DNA of 62,001 nt, filler included, from Candidatus Fermentibacterota bacterium (lineage in GTDB: Bacteria; JAFGKV01), in the NCBI GenBank assembly GCA_016928395.1. It is 4 parts of 4 records of this genome, joined end to end, with 100 filler letters (N's around TTAATTAATTAA, not from the genome) between each part and the next. Parts side by side here need not be neighbours in the genome. Positions count along the whole stretch, not along the records: positions 37,570 to 45,377 come from JAFGKV010000113.1; positions 45,478 to 62,001 come from JAFGKV010000114.1; 2 more parts are not named here. One strand, 5' to 3'. A program made the position numbers and the translations under genes. Under the pieces are notes generated by a model. The model worked only from the letters and a program-made list of their open reading frames with translations. It ran no database searches and had not been told where the DNA came from. This document shows positions 38,683 to 50,053 of this stretch, piece after piece. Positions within the stretch are counted from its first letter, which is position 1; each line of letters opens with the position of its first letter.

Positions 38683-39282
38683 GCGACGCACGTTCCTTGC
38701 GTTCGACGCCGTGCGAAGCCTGGCGCAATTGGCTACCGCCACGAAGGGAGTAGGGGGGCGTGAAACGGCTCGCGCCCATGTGACACCGCACGCCGCCTCG
38801 GGACGGCGTTTCTCCGTCCGGATTCGGACAGGCGTGTCCGCTCACGCCTCGCGTATCGGCGTGCGGCCGGCTGAGGGCCCCGGGGCGCGACTACCCTCGA
38901 CGAAGGGCAAGGCCCCCGTGCGACAAGGTTAAGTGACCACCCAGCCGTTCGCGGACGTGGCGGTACACGCTCGCGGCACGCCTCATGCAGAAGGAAGGCC
39001 ACGCCGGTGTCCGAGCCGGCCAGCGACCACCAGCGGCAGGTCCCGGTGCACGACGATATCCGCCAGATGGGCGGAAGGCAAAATGGTCGCAACGGCTCGG
39101 CCACCGGCATCATTGTTTCCGAACCCCAAAGCCCCTTCGTCCGTCACACAACAGTGCAGCCTCCGCAACGCGCAGGGAGTCCCGCCGCAGACAACCCAAG
39201 AACCTCTTGCGGTGCTGAGACTTCGAACACAAGCTTTCTCGCGAAGTCAGTGGAACCTCATGCATTGAAGGGAGGGCAGATC

Positions 39283-41463
39283 ATGCGAACATGCGTAGCC
39301 ATTGCGCTTGTGGGACTGTCGCCCCTCTGTGGAGCCGTTGCCGGGGGAGAGACCTGGCGGATGGTTCGTACGACGGAGCCGCCCGTGCTGGACGGACGAT
39401 TGGATGACCCGTGCTGGGCCTCATCACTAGCTCGCGCGGGGTTCATTCAACGGGATCCTCGCCCTGGCGAGCCCTCCACGGAGGAGACTACTCTCTACGC
39501 AGTCTACACCGACCGCGCGCTGTACATCGCGTTTTTCTGCGGGGACAGTCAGCCCGACCGCATCGTGTCGAGGCTTCGCAGCCGGGACAGCAGCGTGTGG
39601 CCCGATGACAATATTGACCTGTGGATCGACCCGACCGGGAACGGGCTGCAGCTCTACTACTTCTCCACCAATCCATCAGGTGTGAAGTATGATGCGCTCT
39701 ACACCAGCCGCGGCCAAGACTCCAATCCCCTCTGGAATGCCCATTGGGATGTGGCCGCCGCGGTGGGGGAGGACGGCTGGAACGCCGAGTTCGAAATCCC
39801 GTTCTCCAACCTCAAGTTTGACTCTGATTCAAAGAAGCCTTGGCTCTTCAACGCAGGCCGGCTCATCCGGCGCACCGGCGAGGAGAGCTACACGACAGCA
39901 GTGCCTTACGAGCACAACATGTTCTACGTCGAGGATGCAGTGCGTCTCGTGGGGCTTGAGGGGATTGACCCGGGCGTCGGCGTCAAGGTAACCCCCTACG
40001 CCAAGGGCGACCACCGATGGTTCCCCCCGCTGCCCACAGAAGACAACACCGACTTTCAGGGCAATGCGGGCATTGACATCGATGTCGACATCGGCAGCAA
40101 TCTGACGCTGGCGGCGGCAGTCTATCCCGACTTCGCCGAAATCGATCTGAATCCTGACCAGTACCAGATCGGGTTTGACCAGATCTTCGTGCCTGAGACG
40201 CGCCCCTTCTTTCTCCGCGACTCCAACTACTTCAATACCATCAACTTCCAGCCCTTCTACTCCCGGCGAATCGGCACACGCCTGTTCGACGAGAATGGCG
40301 TCTACCACGATGCGGACATCGTGGTCGGTGCACGGCTGACGGGCAAGGTGGGGAAAGTGGGTATGGGTGCGTTCTATGCCCACACGGATGAGGCATTGAG
40401 CGAGCCCGCCTCCGACTGGGTAATCGGACGCACTGCGTATGAGCTGGGACCCCGCTCGTTTGTCGGCCTGGTAGGAACCATGCGGAGCGCAACCGCGGTG
40501 AATTACGATGGGACGGCCTATTCCGCGTACGACTTCGGCAGTTTCGGCCTCGACTACGAGTACTACTTCAAGGACAACTGGAACACGTGGGGCATGCTCA
40601 TAGGCACCCACGACACCAGGTTTCCAAGGAACGAGCTCAGCGCGCAGTATGGCCACAGCGGAGGCATGGCCTGGCGGCGGGGAGGCTTCGAAGCCTGGGG
40701 CAACTATGTCGATTCCGCCGAGCGCTTCTCCACAGACGAAACGGGTTTCGTTCCCCGTACCGACGTTCGGACGGTCGAGGGGGGAGTCTCCCAGCAGTGG
40801 GGATTCGGCGATGCCCTCTTCAGGAACCTACGCGCCCATCTTCACGGGATCCAGCACCGCGATCGTGACTGGGACCGGGCCTTCGACCAGTATGAGCTCG
40901 AGCTTTCGACCCTCACCCGGTTCAGCTGGCGGTTGAACCTGAACCTGATCGCTGGGGTTGATCAGAGGTTCTACCGCGAAGGCGAGAAGCACGACTTCTA
41001 CGGGTTGGCCACCGAGTTCAACACGAATCCCGCAGCAGTCGTCAGCCTGTTCGGAGAGACCATCTACGGGTCTCTGGCCGATTACACCACGAGCTCATGG
41101 GGCCGTTTGTCTCACAACAGCCTTGGCGTCTCCATCTCTCCTTTGACCCAACTTCAACTGGGCGGCCATCTCCAGTACAACCGCTGGTGGATGGACAAGG
41201 GGCAGCCTTCGTCCGACTATGATGTGGCCATCTGGCAGACCACGGCCGAGTATTTGTTCACCCGGGAGCTCTTCTTCAGGCTCTTTGGCCAGGGATCGAC
41301 CCAGAACGACCAAAACGTGTTCCGGGCCCTGCTGGGCTGGGAGTACACGCCAGATTCGAACCTCTACCTGGCCTATGAGCAGTGGCGTGACGACTCGGAT
41401 GGCGCCTTCGAGCTGGTCAACCACGGCATCTTCCTGAAGCTCGACCACTTCGTGCAGTTCTGA
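39283..41463 (+). CDS. CBM9-like domain plus DUF5916 outer-membrane barrel protein
   Basis: Signal peptide; P.LDGRLDD..W, GW.AEF.IPF, PDF.EI, ETRPFF, FYSRRIG; C-terminal Phe; GGAGG SD before ATG 39283. Confidence 0.8.
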   Translation: MRTCVAIALVGLSPLCGAVAGGETWRMVRTTEPPVLDGRLDDPCWASSLARAGFIQRDPRPGEPSTEETTLYAVYTDRALYIAFFCGDSQPDRIVSRLRSRDSSVWPDDNIDLWIDPTGNGLQLYYFSTNPSGVKYDALYTSRGQDSNPLWNAHWDVAAAVGEDGWNAEFEIPFSNLKFDSDSKKPWLFNAGRLIRRTGEESYTTAVPYEHNMFYVEDAVRLVGLEGIDPGVGVKVTPYAKGDHRWFPPLPTEDNTDFQGNAGIDIDVDIGSNLTLAAAVYPDFAEIDLNPDQYQIGFDQIFVPETRPFFLRDSNYFNTINFQPFYSRRIGTRLFDENGVYHDADIVVGARLTGKVGKVGMGAFYAHTDEALSEPASDWVIGRTAYELGPRSFVGLVGTMRSATAVNYDGTAYSAYDFGSFGLDYEYYFKDNWNTWGMLIGTHDTRFPRNELSAQYGHSGGMAWRRGGFEAWGNYVDSAERFSTDETGFVPRTDVRTVEGGVSQQWGFGDALFRNLRAHLHGIQHRDRDWDRAFDQYELELSTLTRFSWRLNLNLIAGVDQRFYREGEKHDFYGLATEFNTNPAAVVSLFGETIYGSLADYTTSSWGRLSHNSLGVSISPLTQLQLGGHLQYNRWWMDKGQPSSDYDVAIWQTTAEYLFTRELFFRLFGQGSTQNDQNVFRALLGWEYTPDSNLYLAYEQWRDDSDGAFELVNHGIFLKLDHFVQF

Positions 41464-41913
41464 GGGAGTTGCGCAGGAACGTCACAAGGACGGCATGAAC
41501 TCTGAGGGAACTAGGTCAGCCCGGTATTTCCCTTCTATGCACGGCGGCTCGATTGGCCTTGCAGAACGTATCCTTCCGTCAGAAGTCCGTCAGAAGTGGA
41601 TTCAAAGTGCCCGGAGTACGGCGAGGCCTCTCCGCGGCGTGAGACAAGGATTCCCAGAGGGGCCTTGAACCCTCGCCTCTTTCGCGTGTTCACACCTCGT
41701 CCACAGACGGCATATCCTCGATAGGGCAGATCTCGTCTCGGAAAAGACCCTCCGCCACTGTCGGCCCGTGCCGAAGGGGTCCTCGTCTTTCTGGCAGCGC
41801 ACGGGGTTCGGGTTCCGGTCTCAGCCCGAACTGCGGGTTCCCGACTCGTTCGGAGCTCGTCCCCGGATCCCTTTACCGCGTCCCCTTCTTCAGTTTCGAG
41901 TTTTGGATGTCCT

Positions 41914-42594
41914 CTAGAACCCTCTGCGCTGCCCACGCCAGGGAGGCGGCGCGGCGGCGTTGAACTCCTCGACGCTGGGCCCGCCCAGGATGCGCAATCG
42001 GCGCACGCCATACAGGTAAGAGACGACCAGCAACACCACGGTGGCTGGCCATCCGCCGATAAGGCCCACTGCAGCCAGGGCGGCTGCGGATCCACGCCGG
42101 AACAAGGCGATCTGAAGGCCAAGCCTGAGGCCGAAGAACAGCGCCCATGCAACGGTAACCTCGGCGTATGCGGGGCATACTCTGGGATGCCAGTACCAGC
42201 GAAGGGGCCATCGCCGGGCCACGTGGCTGGTCAATGCAACCATGGGCCTTCGTACGACAACGCTGACGAGACAGAGCACGATGGTGAACGCATTGCTCAC
42301 GATGCCAGGAAGGAAATAGGCCTCGGCGCGGCCCATCCCCCACGAGAGCCCGGCTGCAACGGCGACACCCGCCATCCCCGCTGCGGCGTAGACGATGCGA
42401 TGTCCCCGAGTGAGGCGCAGGATCCCTATCAGCACGGCCGCTCCGACGGCCGCAACGGCAGCCTGAAGGAGAGTGGCAAACCTTAGCGCGATCACGAAAA
42501 CCACTGGCGGGAGTACCGAATCGATGGGGCCGCCGCGGCCTCCCAGTACCGTGCGTAGTTCCTCCCACACTTCGCGAATGATGCTCTTTGACAT
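41914..42594 (-). CDS. DUF3159-family membrane protein
   Basis: GG..G.IDSVLP..VF, A..YFLPG, S.VVRRP; ATG 42594. Confidence 0.75.
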   Translation of the reverse strand: MSKSIIREVWEELRTVLGGRGGPIDSVLPPVVFVIALRFATLLQAAVAAVGAAVLIGILRLTRGHRIVYAAAGMAGVAVAAGLSWGMGRAEAYFLPGIVSNAFTIVLCLVSVVVRRPMVALTSHVARRWPLRWYWHPRVCPAYAEVTVAWALFFGLRLGLQIALFRRGSAAALAAVGLIGGWPATVVLLVVSYLYGVRRLRILGGPSVEEFNAAAPPPWRGQRRGF

Positions 42595-43214
42595 GGGTCG
42601 GGTTCCTAAGCTCTCTTCGGGTCGTGTTCCGTCGGCGATGACAGGGATCTGTCGGGGCTCCTGAAGAACCCCATGAGGCCATACCACCTTACATCGCCTC
42701 ACAATGAATGCACTCGCGCCCAGGGATGGGCAGTCCTGTCCGGTTGTGGACAGCACGAGACAGGGCTTTCCCATGCAACCTGCATTCCGCTTCTCACCAC
42801 GGCAACTTCCTGTGGCACTGCTTTCAATGCTTCCGCGTCAGCTAGCCAGGGTGCCGCACACCCACGTGCTCGTGGTACGCTCCTTGCAGACTGGATCACC
42901 AAGGCCGTCGCGGAAACCCCGGTGGTAGCAGCGGCATGTCCCGTGCACGACGACGTCCGCGTGGTGGGCGAATGGGACACACCATCGGGGTTCCCCGGCG
43001 TCTTTCTCTTTCGATCCGTGACTGCCAGACCCTATCACCTGTTCATGCGCTCCTCTGGTGCGGGGTTTTGCCGCTCAGTGTCCGGTGATGGAACGACACT
43101 CACGCGGCGTCGTTGCACTCCATCGAAGGGTATGTTTCTTCCTCCTCGTCTCCGGTCCCCCATGGGGCGCACGCCCCGCGGATATGCACTCACTTGTCTC
43201 GCGAGGAGAGCTTC

Positions 43215-45290
43215 GTGAAGCTTCGAACCCAACTCATGCTTGCATTCTCAGTGCTGGCAGTTGTTCCCCTGGGGGCGCTGACACTGTACTCCTACTCGTC
43301 TTCGATTCGCGCCTATCGTCAGGCGGTTCAAGATGAGGCGACGCTGCGGGCCGAGGAAATGCAGGGCCGAATGGCCATGGTGCGGGAGGACCTCGATCGC
43401 CGCATGGAGCATGCTCGAGCATTGCCGCTCTTCCAACTGGGGGGATTCGGCATCACCATCGACTCGGCACGGGCAGACCAGGCCTATGGAGAGCTCATTG
43501 ATGCCGTGGGCGATTTTGCCCCATTCCTGGATCGCCTTGCGATTCGCACTGGACTGCCTGACGGATCTCTGCCGGCGGGTCGCCCATCTGTCGCGTCGTC
43601 CGGCACTGACTCCGTGCTCATCTACCTCCCCGGGATGGCAAGCCTCCCCGGGATGGAGACGTTGAGACCTCTGACTCATGCCGAGAATGTCGAGAGCGCC
43701 GCTGCTGATATTCACAAGTTCGTCATGGTCGGCCGACATATTCTGCCCCACGTCACCCTACGGGCGGGCAGTCTTGGAGACTTCCAGACAGACGAGATCG
43801 AGAGAATCGTCGGGGTTATGGCCGAGGCGGGGGAGGCCGTCGACGTGAGGCGTATCATGGAGCTTTCGGCCCGCATGGGGAACGAGATTCTGCAATGGCG
43901 CCATGTGATCGGGGCGGCGACACCCGCGCCCCCGGCTCCCGGCGCGGTGAGGCAAACCCCGCCGCCCGCCCCACCCACGGTGATAGCTCGCGACTACCCC
44001 ATGGCTGATGAGGGCCGATTGATCGGTACCGTGCGCGCGGATCTTAATGTCGGCGCCGTGATGAACCGTGTGCTGCCGCCCAGCCGCCGCAGAGAAGGTG
44101 AGACGCCTTTCGCCATTGACGGCCAAGGCCACCTCTACGCCTCAAGTGATTCCGAACGGACGGTCCTCGATCAACTTGGCCTGACCCCTGGGCAGTACTC
44201 AGGCGCGGCGGCAAGGGATAGGGAATGGGTCGTCGTGTCGGCCGATGACACCGCATCTGGGCTCACCTTCGGCATCGCCCGGCCCGTGGGCGAAGGACTG
44301 GCGGAAATCCGGCGCACCGCGGCGAGGAACCTCGCTCTGGGTCTGGGCATGATCGCCGTCGCCATGGTCGGGATCGTGCAGCTTTCGAAGCGAATGACGG
44401 CGAACCTCGCGGTCCTGACCACTGGGGCCCAGCATCTGGCAACGGGACACCTGGAGCATCGGGTCCCGATCACGTCGAAAGACGAGTTCGGTGCGTTGGC
44501 TCAGACCTTCAACATGATGGCGGGGCAACTCGGTGAGCACCAGCATCGTCTGGTCGAACAGGAGCGACTCGAACGAGAGCTGGAGCTGTGCAGACAGATT
44601 CAGGCCCAGATGCTGCCCAAAGCGCCGCTGTGTCTTCCATTCGCGGAGATCCGGGGTGTTTCCGTTCCCGCGCGACAGGTCGGTGGCGATTTCTTCAACT
44701 TCTTTCCCCTGCCCGACGGCAGAGTCGCGGTACTGGTCGGCGATGTCTCGGGCAAGGGTGTGGCTGCGGCCCTGCTCATGGCCAACATGCAGGCCTCGCT
44801 CAGTGCACGGCTTCCCTTGGCGGGAAGCCTCGCTGAACTCGCAGAGCAGTTCGACGCGGAGATCTTCCACTCAACGCCTGAGGGCACGTTCCTGACCCTG
44901 TTCATCGGCCTTATCGACCACGATGCCATGACGCTCCGGTGGCTGAACGCCGGCCATGATGCGCCCTATCTGATTCGGACAGCCGGTGATCTGGTGCCGT
45001 TGGCCTCAACGGGCAGGCCTTTGGGCATCCTGCCCGGAGGAGATTTCGGGGAAGGTGCCGTCAGCATCCTGCCAGGAGACTCCCTTTTCCTCTACACCGA
45101 CGGGCTTGTTGAGGCGTTCAGCCACGGCGGCGAGGAGTTCGGCACGATACGGCTCGAAGAGATCCTGAGCCGAGCCGGGGGGGCGCCCCTGGAGCTCATC
45201 CTCTCAGAGGTAGACGCTGCCGCCAGGGCGCACCGGGGTGACGTAGAGGCCCAGGACGACACCACCATGGTGGCGGTGAGGATGGTGTAG
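43215..45290 (+). CDS. Membrane sensor with HAMP and PP2C/SpoIIE (RsbU-like) phosphatase domains
   Basis: Two TM segments, DEFG.LA..FN.M HAMP, VGGDFF, GDVSGKG, NAGH, YTDG, DDTT; GTG 43215 after AGGAG. Confidence 0.92.
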   Translation: MKLRTQLMLAFSVLAVVPLGALTLYSYSSSIRAYRQAVQDEATLRAEEMQGRMAMVREDLDRRMEHARALPLFQLGGFGITIDSARADQAYGELIDAVGDFAPFLDRLAIRTGLPDGSLPAGRPSVASSGTDSVLIYLPGMASLPGMETLRPLTHAENVESAAADIHKFVMVGRHILPHVTLRAGSLGDFQTDEIERIVGVMAEAGEAVDVRRIMELSARMGNEILQWRHVIGAATPAPPAPGAVRQTPPPAPPTVIARDYPMADEGRLIGTVRADLNVGAVMNRVLPPSRRREGETPFAIDGQGHLYASSDSERTVLDQLGLTPGQYSGAAARDREWVVVSADDTASGLTFGIARPVGEGLAEIRRTAARNLALGLGMIAVAMVGIVQLSKRMTANLAVLTTGAQHLATGHLEHRVPITSKDEFGALAQTFNMMAGQLGEHQHRLVEQERLERELELCRQIQAQMLPKAPLCLPFAEIRGVSVPARQVGGDFFNFFPLPDGRVAVLVGDVSGKGVAAALLMANMQASLSARLPLAGSLAELAEQFDAEIFHSTPEGTFLTLFIGLIDHDAMTLRWLNAGHDAPYLIRTAGDLVPLASTGRPLGILPGGDFGEGAVSILPGDSLFLYTDGLVEAFSHGGEEFGTIRLEEILSRAGGAPLELILSEVDAAARAHRGDVEAQDDTTMVAVRMV

Positions 45291-45377
45291 GTGACTCATA
45301 CTAAATTGACATCATACATAGAGTTTTGAGCCAACCGAACTGGGTAGTGGAACTCACCATGTCGGGGTGATTCATCA

Positions 45378-45477
45378 NNNNNNNNNNNNNNNNNNNNNNN
45401 NNNNNNNNNNNNNNNNNNNNNTTAATTAATTAANNNNNNNNNNNNNNNNNNNNNNNNNNNNNNNNNNNNNNNNNNNN
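45378..45477. other. Artificial contig linker
   Basis: N44-TTAATTAATTAA-N44. Confidence 0.98.
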
Positions 45478-45478
45478 C

Positions 45479-45739
45479 GCCAGCCTGATAGAACTCGACG
45501 ATCTCCCTGAAGAGGTCCGGCAGGCGGTCCCGACACCGTCGGTTTCCGGCCCCGTCAAGGCCCTCGACGAGATCGAGAAGGACTACATCATGGCGGTGCT
45601 CGAGGTCAACGGCGGAAACCAGACCCGCACAGCCAAGCAACTCGGCATCGGTTCTGCAACGCTGTACCGAAAGCTCAAGAGCTACGGCGTCATTCGCAGA
45701 ACGCGCACTGCGGGAGGCAAAGAGCCTGCCCTACATTGA
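45479..45739 (+). CDS. C-terminal fragment (Fis-type HTH) of a sigma54-dependent NtrC-family activator
   Basis: My translation: ...DDLPEE...LDEIEKDYIMAVLEVNGGNQTRTAKQLGIGSATLYRKLKSYG...*; 5' end beyond the contig edge. Confidence 0.88.
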   Translation, partial: ASLIELDDLPEEVRQAVPTPSVSGPVKALDEIEKDYIMAVLEVNGGNQTRTAKQLGIGSATLYRKLKSYGVIRRTRTAGGKEPALH

Positions 45740-45798
45740 CTACTCGGGTTCATCCGTGTGGCGACGTACCGAGAGCGACGGGGCGACCGATCTCTCCT

Positions 45799-46212
45799 CT
45801 ATGCCGCGACAATCACTTCGAGGTCGATGTCGAGCTTCAGTACCCTCGATACGGGGCACCCGGCCTTGGCGGCGGCGGCCGCCGCCTCGACCGCGGCCTT
45901 GTCTGCGCCGCGGGCCTTGACGGTCGCCGTGAGCACACTTCTGGTCAAGGTCAGGTTCTCGAAAGTGATCGTGCTCGTCGTTTCGATAGCCTCGGGGATG
46001 ATGCCGCGCTCACCCAGTTGCCCGCTGAGAGCCATGCTGAAGCAGCTCGCGTGGGCTGCCGCGATGAGCTCTTCAGGGTTGGTGCCAGGTGCGTCCTCAA
46101 ACCGGGCACGGAAGCCGTACGTCTGGTCACTGATGGCGCCACTGGCGACGCTGAAGCTGCCCTGGCCCTCCTTCAGACCGCCCTTCCATGTGGCGTGTGC
46201 GCTTCGTTTCAT
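45799..46212 (-). CDS. osmC: OsmC peroxiredoxin
   Basis: A.WKG.LKEG.G, GTNPEELIAAAHASCFSMALS, AKAGCPVSR. Confidence 0.95.
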   Translation of the reverse strand: MKRSAHATWKGGLKEGQGSFSVASGAISDQTYGFRARFEDAPGTNPEELIAAAHASCFSMALSGQLGERGIIPEAIETTSTITFENLTLTRSVLTATVKARGADKAAVEAAAAAAKAGCPVSRVLKLDIDLEVIVAA

Positions 46213-46969
46213 GGGATCTCCTCTCTTCGTGTGGATCTCGCTCAGCATTGCCCCCGGGCTAGGATGACCTCCTTCTTCCGGTCACGAACTCCAGATCCGA
46301 GTGGGATTCCCGGGGAGGGCGTCGGGCCACAACGCTTCTGTACGTCGGCAGGATGGCTCGCGACTATGTCGAAAAGCGACTCGGACGGAGCTATTCTCAC
46401 ATTGGAATAGTGAGGAGTCTCGCCCCCGGCGGCGCCGGATGCGCGGCCTGAGCCGCAGGATCCCGCGGCACGTGCCGCGAATCTTCGCGGCGGGCGGGAT
46501 TGGAGGGTGTGCGATCCGATCTGCTCCATCACAGCCCCAGGTGAAGGTCTCTCTCCGATGGGGACACGCCGAAGGAAGACCCTTTGGGCCTGCCTGTCAA
46601 GGCGCCGAATCCTCGGCCGCTGGGGCCAGTCCGACTGCAGGTCTCTCAGCGTGCTTCGCCCTAGCCTCAGGCCTCAAGGGCGCCATCGCTCTCGCGAGAT
46701 CTTAGACGACGGGCAGCACCCGGGCACGTCGTTGCTGCGTCGAGACCGACCACGAGGCTCTCTTCGGCGCTTTCGTGGGCACACATCCTCCCCGGTGATC
46801 GACTAGGCACGGCCGGCGCCATACCTCGCCACGGCCTCGGGGAAAACATGCTTGTCCCACGCCGCCCACGACCGTTGCTTGGATGCCTGTTGTTCCGGGA
46901 TTCTGCCACCCCATTCCTGGCCGTTCTGTGGGTGCACGATACCCGGGCGCTTTTCACGGAGGATCCGCA

Positions 46970-47626
46970 ATGCCAAGACTCGGAGTGATACTTGCAGGCT
47001 GTGGCGTGTACGACGGCTCGGAGATACACGAAGCCGTGGTCACGCTGCTGGCCATCGATCGACAGAAAGCAGAGGCAGTCATCACTGCTCCCGACATGCT
47101 GCTGGATGAGATAGATCATCGCACTGGCGCACTCACCGGCGCCACACGAAGCGTTCTAGCCGAGGCGGCGCGGATTGCCCGTGGAGTGATCACGCCACTG
47201 GAGGAGGTACGCGCAGCGGATCTTGATGCCGTCGTGTTCCCCGGCGGCTATGGCGCCGCCAAGAATCTCTCCAATCTTGCGCACAAGGGTTCCGAGGCCG
47301 ACATCCTTCCCGAGATCCGTTCCCTCATTCTAGCGATGCACGCAGCCGGGAAACCCATAGGCGCCATGTGCATCGCGCCGGCGCTTATCGCGCTGGCCTT
47401 CAAGGACTCCGGCATCCACCCGACTATCACCATCGGCACCGATCCCACCACGGCAGCGACCTTGGAAACCTTGGGCGCGGTGCACGCGACTGCGTCTGCT
47501 CATGATATCGTGATCGACATCCCAAACCGTATCGTGACAACGCCCGCCTACATGGTCGCCACCAGTATCGCTGAGGCCGCGGCGGGAATCGAACGTCTGG
47601 TGAAGGAGATTATCCGGATGATCTGA
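46970..47626 (+). CDS. elbB: ElbB/ES1 glyoxalase (DJ-1/PfpI superfamily)
   Basis: L.GCGVYDGSEIHEAV, ARIARG, PGG.GAAKNL, CIAP, TTPAYM. Confidence 0.93.
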   Translation: MPRLGVILAGCGVYDGSEIHEAVVTLLAIDRQKAEAVITAPDMLLDEIDHRTGALTGATRSVLAEAARIARGVITPLEEVRAADLDAVVFPGGYGAAKNLSNLAHKGSEADILPEIRSLILAMHAAGKPIGAMCIAPALIALAFKDSGIHPTITIGTDPTTAATLETLGAVHATASAHDIVIDIPNRIVTTPAYMVATSIAEAAAGIERLVKEIIRMI

Positions 47627-47911
47627 CCGGAATCAATGGAGAACCGCCGAGCACACGCGAAGCGGATAGACCGGGAGCCTCTGGCGCGGCCGAAGCAACG
47701 CTGGATTGTGCTCTCGGCTCGAGCCCTACCACAGTCCCGGCCACCCGTTGGCGCATCGCTTTGTCGGCGGCGATCTACTGCTGCAAGCTCGCTGACCCGC
47801 ACATGTGCTTGCTGTAACGTGTGTCCGGTCCTAACTTGATGCGTTTCCACTTGCTCGCCTATTCGGCCTGCCACGGGGGCCGGCATTCTCGCTCGTATCA
47901 GGAGACCAACG

Positions 47912-50053
47912 ATGCTCAAAGCGATGAGAGAAAACACCAAAGTTGTTCTGTGGATTGTTCTTGTCGGATTTCTTGGCGGCTTTGTGGTCATCGCACTGGG
48001 CACCGGAGTTCGGGGCTGTGGTGACCTAGTTCGGAGCTTCGGCATTAAGATCGATACCCGTGAACCGAATGTGGTGGGTGTTGTCAACGGCGTCTCGGTC
48101 TACTATGAGCAATTCCAGCGTGAGTATGCCGAACAGAAAGAACGGGAACAGTCCCGCGCGGGCGATTCCTTCGTCGAGGACGACCGTATGCGCGCCACGA
48201 TGCGAGACCGAGCGTGGAACACCATCGTGCAGCGAATCGTTGTGGCGGGCGAGGCAAGGCGGCGAGGATTCCGTGCCACATCCCGCGAGCTCGCCGAGGT
48301 GATCGTCAGCAATCCTCCCCAGTGGATACGAGAACACTCGAGCGTGCAGACTGATGGCCAGTTCGACATGCAGAAGTACCTGCAGATCCTGCAATCACCT
48401 CAGGGCCCAGCACGCATGCTGGAGGCCACCTACGGCGAGCTGTTGCCCATGCAAAAACTGGAGCAGAGCGTACTCATGGGTGGCAGAGTAACGTCACTGG
48501 AACGGCAGAGAGAGGTGGAAGCGGCAACGTCGCGAGTCGGAGCCTCCTTCCTCGCACTCCGGGATTTCCAATTCAGGAATCCTACCGATTCTGATCGTGC
48601 TGCAGTCAAGAAGATGGCCGAAGACCTGGCCAGCCAGAGCACCAGCGCCTCTGTCTTTGCACGACTCGCCCGCCAGCATTCATACGGCCCCAAAGCGGAG
48701 GAGGGGGGCCGGATCGGCAAAGTCTATCGCGGCACCCGCGGCGCCGACCTGGACAGCCTCATCTTCTCTACCCCCGAAGGATCCGCGTCAGTGCCTCTGG
48801 AAGTCGGCGCCTCGTGGAACATCGTGTTCGTCCACGACCGTGGCCATGAAGAGGATCAGGAGTGGGCTGACATAAGCCAGATCGTCCTCAATGTCACCAG
48901 GCAGGTCGACGAGAAAGACCTCGAGGCCTTCTTCAAGGAACATCGTGATGACTACGCCAACCCGGCCAGGGCCAAGGTGGTGATCGCACGGCTACCGAAG
49001 ACGGCATCGCCCGCCGACGAAGAGGAAGTACGAGCGGAGATCGAGGCGATTCGGCAGGAAATCGTCGAGGGCGCACGATTCGAAGATCTTGCCCGTCTCG
49101 AATCTCAGGACACCGGCACAGCGCCTCGGGGAGGTGATCTGGGCGAGTTCGGGCGGGGCAGAATGGTCCCCGAGTTCGAAGAGGCCGTATTCGCCTTGGC
49201 GCCCGGCGAGATCAGCGAACCGGTGTTGACCCAGTTTGGATGGCATCTAATCCGTTTGGATTCCATAATCTCGGCAAAGGAATCAGTGATCAAGGCCCGG
49301 CACATTCTCCTCAAGCTGGAACCGGCCAGGGCCACTCTGGACAGCCTGCACGAAATCATGGAAGACCTCGCGGAGCGGGCTCGCTCCCAGGATCTCATTC
49401 GCGCGGCCCAGCGGGACAGTATCGACGCCTCGGAGTCACCCCTCTTTCCCAAGGGATCCTACATCCCCGGTGTCGGCCAATTGTCGGACGGCGCTGCATG
49501 GGTCTTCAGGAGTTCTCCCGGCGACGTCAGCCGGGTATTCGAAACGGAGAGCGACTTTGTGGTGCTCCAGACCATCGAACGGATCGATGAGCGCCACGCC
49601 GAGCTATCTGAAGTTCGAGGCCGCGTTCTCATGGCCTATTTGAAGGATCACAGTGCCACTTTGGCCGACCGTCGCATGGAGGAAGTCGCTCGACGCATCG
49701 CGGAGGGCGCCTCCCTAGAGGTCGCCGCGCAGGAGGACACTCTGCTGGAAGTCCTGAATGATGTCCGATTCGGGCGGCGCGACTATGCGGCCGGCGTCGG
49801 CCGTGATGTAGAAGCCGTCGGGGCGCCCTTCGGACTGCAGGATAGCGCATACGCGGGACCGTTCCGTGGTTCCCAGGCAGTATTCATTGTCCGGCGTGAC
49901 ACGGCATGGGCCGAAGCGGGAGTCGACACGACAGGGCTCGGGCAGCGACTGGAAGATGAAGCGGCCCAGCGCACCTATGGCGCCTGGCTTGACTGGATCA
50001 TCGAGCAGGCGGTGATCATGGACTACCGTGAGGACTTCTTCGGGCTCTCCTGA
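47912..50053 (+). CDS. ppiD: PpiD/SurA-like membrane-anchored parvulin PPIase chaperone
   Basis: MLKAMRE..K TM anchor, SurA-N region, parvulin GGDLG.F..G.MVPEFE..F...S.PV.TQFGWHLI. Confidence 0.85.
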   Translation: MLKAMRENTKVVLWIVLVGFLGGFVVIALGTGVRGCGDLVRSFGIKIDTREPNVVGVVNGVSVYYEQFQREYAEQKEREQSRAGDSFVEDDRMRATMRDRAWNTIVQRIVVAGEARRRGFRATSRELAEVIVSNPPQWIREHSSVQTDGQFDMQKYLQILQSPQGPARMLEATYGELLPMQKLEQSVLMGGRVTSLERQREVEAATSRVGASFLALRDFQFRNPTDSDRAAVKKMAEDLASQSTSASVFARLARQHSYGPKAEEGGRIGKVYRGTRGADLDSLIFSTPEGSASVPLEVGASWNIVFVHDRGHEEDQEWADISQIVLNVTRQVDEKDLEAFFKEHRDDYANPARAKVVIARLPKTASPADEEEVRAEIEAIRQEIVEGARFEDLARLESQDTGTAPRGGDLGEFGRGRMVPEFEEAVFALAPGEISEPVLTQFGWHLIRLDSIISAKESVIKARHILLKLEPARATLDSLHEIMEDLAERARSQDLIRAAQRDSIDASESPLFPKGSYIPGVGQLSDGAAWVFRSSPGDVSRVFETESDFVVLQTIERIDERHAELSEVRGRVLMAYLKDHSATLADRRMEEVARRIAEGASLEVAAQEDTLLEVLNDVRFGRRDYAAGVGRDVEAVGAPFGLQDSAYAGPFRGSQAVFIVRRDTAWAEAGVDTTGLGQRLEDEAAQRTYGAWLDWIIEQAVIMDYREDFFGLS

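Noticed and set aside
42680-43200. Short ORFs in the DUF3159-phosphatase intergenic region
   Set aside because: No SD, codon bias or motif support.
46540-46680. Glycine-riboswitch-like words (CGCCGAAGGA, CTCTCAG)
   Set aside because: No GGAGA lead-in or convincing stems, and no glycine-related gene downstream; would need a cmsearch hit.
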